DNA of 49,583 nucleotides from a virus (taxonomy: Duplodnaviria; Heunggongvirae; Uroviricota; Caudoviricetes). Positions 48,348 through 49,583 of this stretch are shown here, piece by piece; positions within the stretch are counted from its first letter, which is position 1; every line of letters starts with the position of its first letter. The notes beneath the pieces were generated by a model. The model was given only the letters and a program-made list of their open reading frames with translations, was not told the origin of the DNA and ran no database searches. Where the stretch lies: IMG/VR virus record IMGVR_UViG_2737471854_000004, positions 1-49,583 of that record. One strand, given 5' to 3'. The position numbers and the translations under genes were made by a program.

Positions 48348-49583
48348 ATGTCTAAATTACCAACAGGTGTCGAGATTAGAGGTAGATACATTCGCATCTG
48401 GTTCATGTTTCGAGGAAAACGATGTCGGGAAACATTAAAAGGCTGGGAGATTACAAACAGTAATATTAAAAAGGCCGGAAATTTAAGAGCACTGATAGTT
48501 CATGAAATAAACTCCGGTGAATTTGAGTATTTAAGACGTTTTCCCCAGTCCAGCACTGGGGCAAAAATGGTGACAACGAGAGTCATAAAAACGTTCGGGG
48601 AGCTTTGTGATATCTGGACAAAAATTAAAGAGACAGAGTTAACAACAAACACAATGAAGAAAACGAAATCACAATTAAAAACACTCAGAATAATAATTTG
48701 TGAAAGTACCCCGATATCACATATACGTTATAGCGATATCTTAAACTACCGGAATGAACTGCTGCATGGAGAAACGCTTTACCTGGATAATCCAAGATCC
48801 AACAAAAAAGGAAGAACCGTGCGCACAGTTGATAACTATATCGCCCTGCTCTGTTCGCTGTTACGTTTTGCGTATCAGTCGGGATTTATATCAACCAAAC
48901 CATTTGAAGGAGTAAAAAAATTACAGCGAAACAGAATAAAGCCTGATCCGTTATCTAAAACAGAATTCAATGCATTAATGGAAAGTGAAAAAGGACAGAG
49001 CCAGAACTTGTGGAAATTTGCCGTTTACTCAGGACTTCGTCACGGGGAACTGGCAGCTCTGGCGTGGGAGGATGTGGATCTCGAAAAGGGAATAGTGAAT
49101 GTCAGAAGAAACCTGACGATACTTGATATGTTCGGTCCCCCAAAAACAAATGCCGGGATCCGGACAGTAACACTACTGCAGCCTGCTCTTGAAGCACTGA
49201 AGGAGCAATACAAACTGACCGGGCATCATCGCAAAAGCGAAATCACCTTTTATCATCGGGAGTACGGCAGAACCGAAAAGCAAAAACTGCATTTTGTTTT
49301 CATGCCCAGGGTGTGTAACGGAAAACAAAAACCTTATTACTCGGTAAGCAGTTTGGGGGCAAGGTGGAATGCAGCAGTAAAACGTGCTGGTATTCGCCGC
49401 CGTAATCCGTACCATACGCGGCATACTTTTGCCTGCTGGCTGTTGACGGCAGGAGCGAACCCGGCATTTATAGCCAGCCAAATGGGGCATGAAACTGCGC
49501 AGATGGTGTATGAAATTTACGGTATGTGGATTGATGACATGAACGACGAACAGATAGCCATGTTGAATGCGCGGTTATCATAG
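48348..49583 (+). CDS. intR: Prophage integrase IntR (tyrosine recombinase)
   Basis: 411 aa, MSKLPTGVEIRGRYIRIWFMFRGKRCRETLKGW...; C-terminal R...H..R...Y catalytic region; stop is the last codon of the window. Confidence 0.85.
   Translation: MSKLPTGVEIRGRYIRIWFMFRGKRCRETLKGWEITNSNIKKAGNLRALIVHEINSGEFEYLRRFPQSSTGAKMVTTRVIKTFGELCDIWTKIKETELTTNTMKKTKSQLKTLRIIICESTPISHIRYSDILNYRNELLHGETLYLDNPRSNKKGRTVRTVDNYIALLCSLLRFAYQSGFISTKPFEGVKKLQRNRIKPDPLSKTEFNALMESEKGQSQNLWKFAVYSGLRHGELAALAWEDVDLEKGIVNVRRNLTILDMFGPPKTNAGIRTVTLLQPALEALKEQYKLTGHHRKSEITFYHREYGRTEKQKLHFVFMPRVCNGKQKPYYSVSSLGARWNAAVKRAGIRRRNPYHTRHTFACWLLTAGANPAFIASQMGHETAQMVYEIYGMWIDDMNDEQIAMLNARLS

Larger units (their letters stand above)
1..49583. 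mobile_element. Rac-like temperate prophage (integrase at right edge; left boundary not resolved within window)
   Basis: Contiguous phage modules: int/xis, recET, immunity, replication, Nin/Q, lysis, terminase, head, tail, tail fibre. No attachment site identified. Confidence 0.85.

Overview
The window is almost entirely one temperate prophage, read in reverse orientation (most genes on the - strand), with the integrase at the right edge. The right third (39.5-49.6 kb) is a Rac-type early region that I recognise at the protein level: intR, xisR, ydaC, ralR, recT, recE, racC, ydaE, kilR, ydaF, ydaG, a racR-like repressor, and the ydaS/ydaT/ydaU/ydaV replication block. The left half (3-29 kb) is a complete myovirus-type late region: lysis cassette, terminase, portal, head genes, sheath, tube, tape measure, baseplate, tail fibre, ending in a YadA/Eib-like trimeric autotransporter adhesin. 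Between them sit a Q-like antiterminator region with moron cargo (an AraC-family regulator and a tRNA-Arg(UCU)) and a ~6.4 kb AT-rich island (33-39.4 kb). The island holds a hok-type toxin, a HEPN-motif protein interrupted by one in-frame TGA, an N-terminally truncated integrase, and a large Mrr-like nuclease-fold gene split by a -1 frameshift. A second AT-rich cargo gene with an HsdR-N-type nuclease fold is inserted inside the baseplate operon, flanked by terminator hairpins. The best candidates for an undescribed defence or anti-defence function are the baseplate cargo gene, the two interrupted island genes, and a ParB-like/GT-A-like gene pair next to the terminase. All calls come from reading the sequence and ORF translations by hand; no searches were run, so functions outside the Rac block are motif- and synteny-based, and hand-derived coordinates may be off by a base or two.
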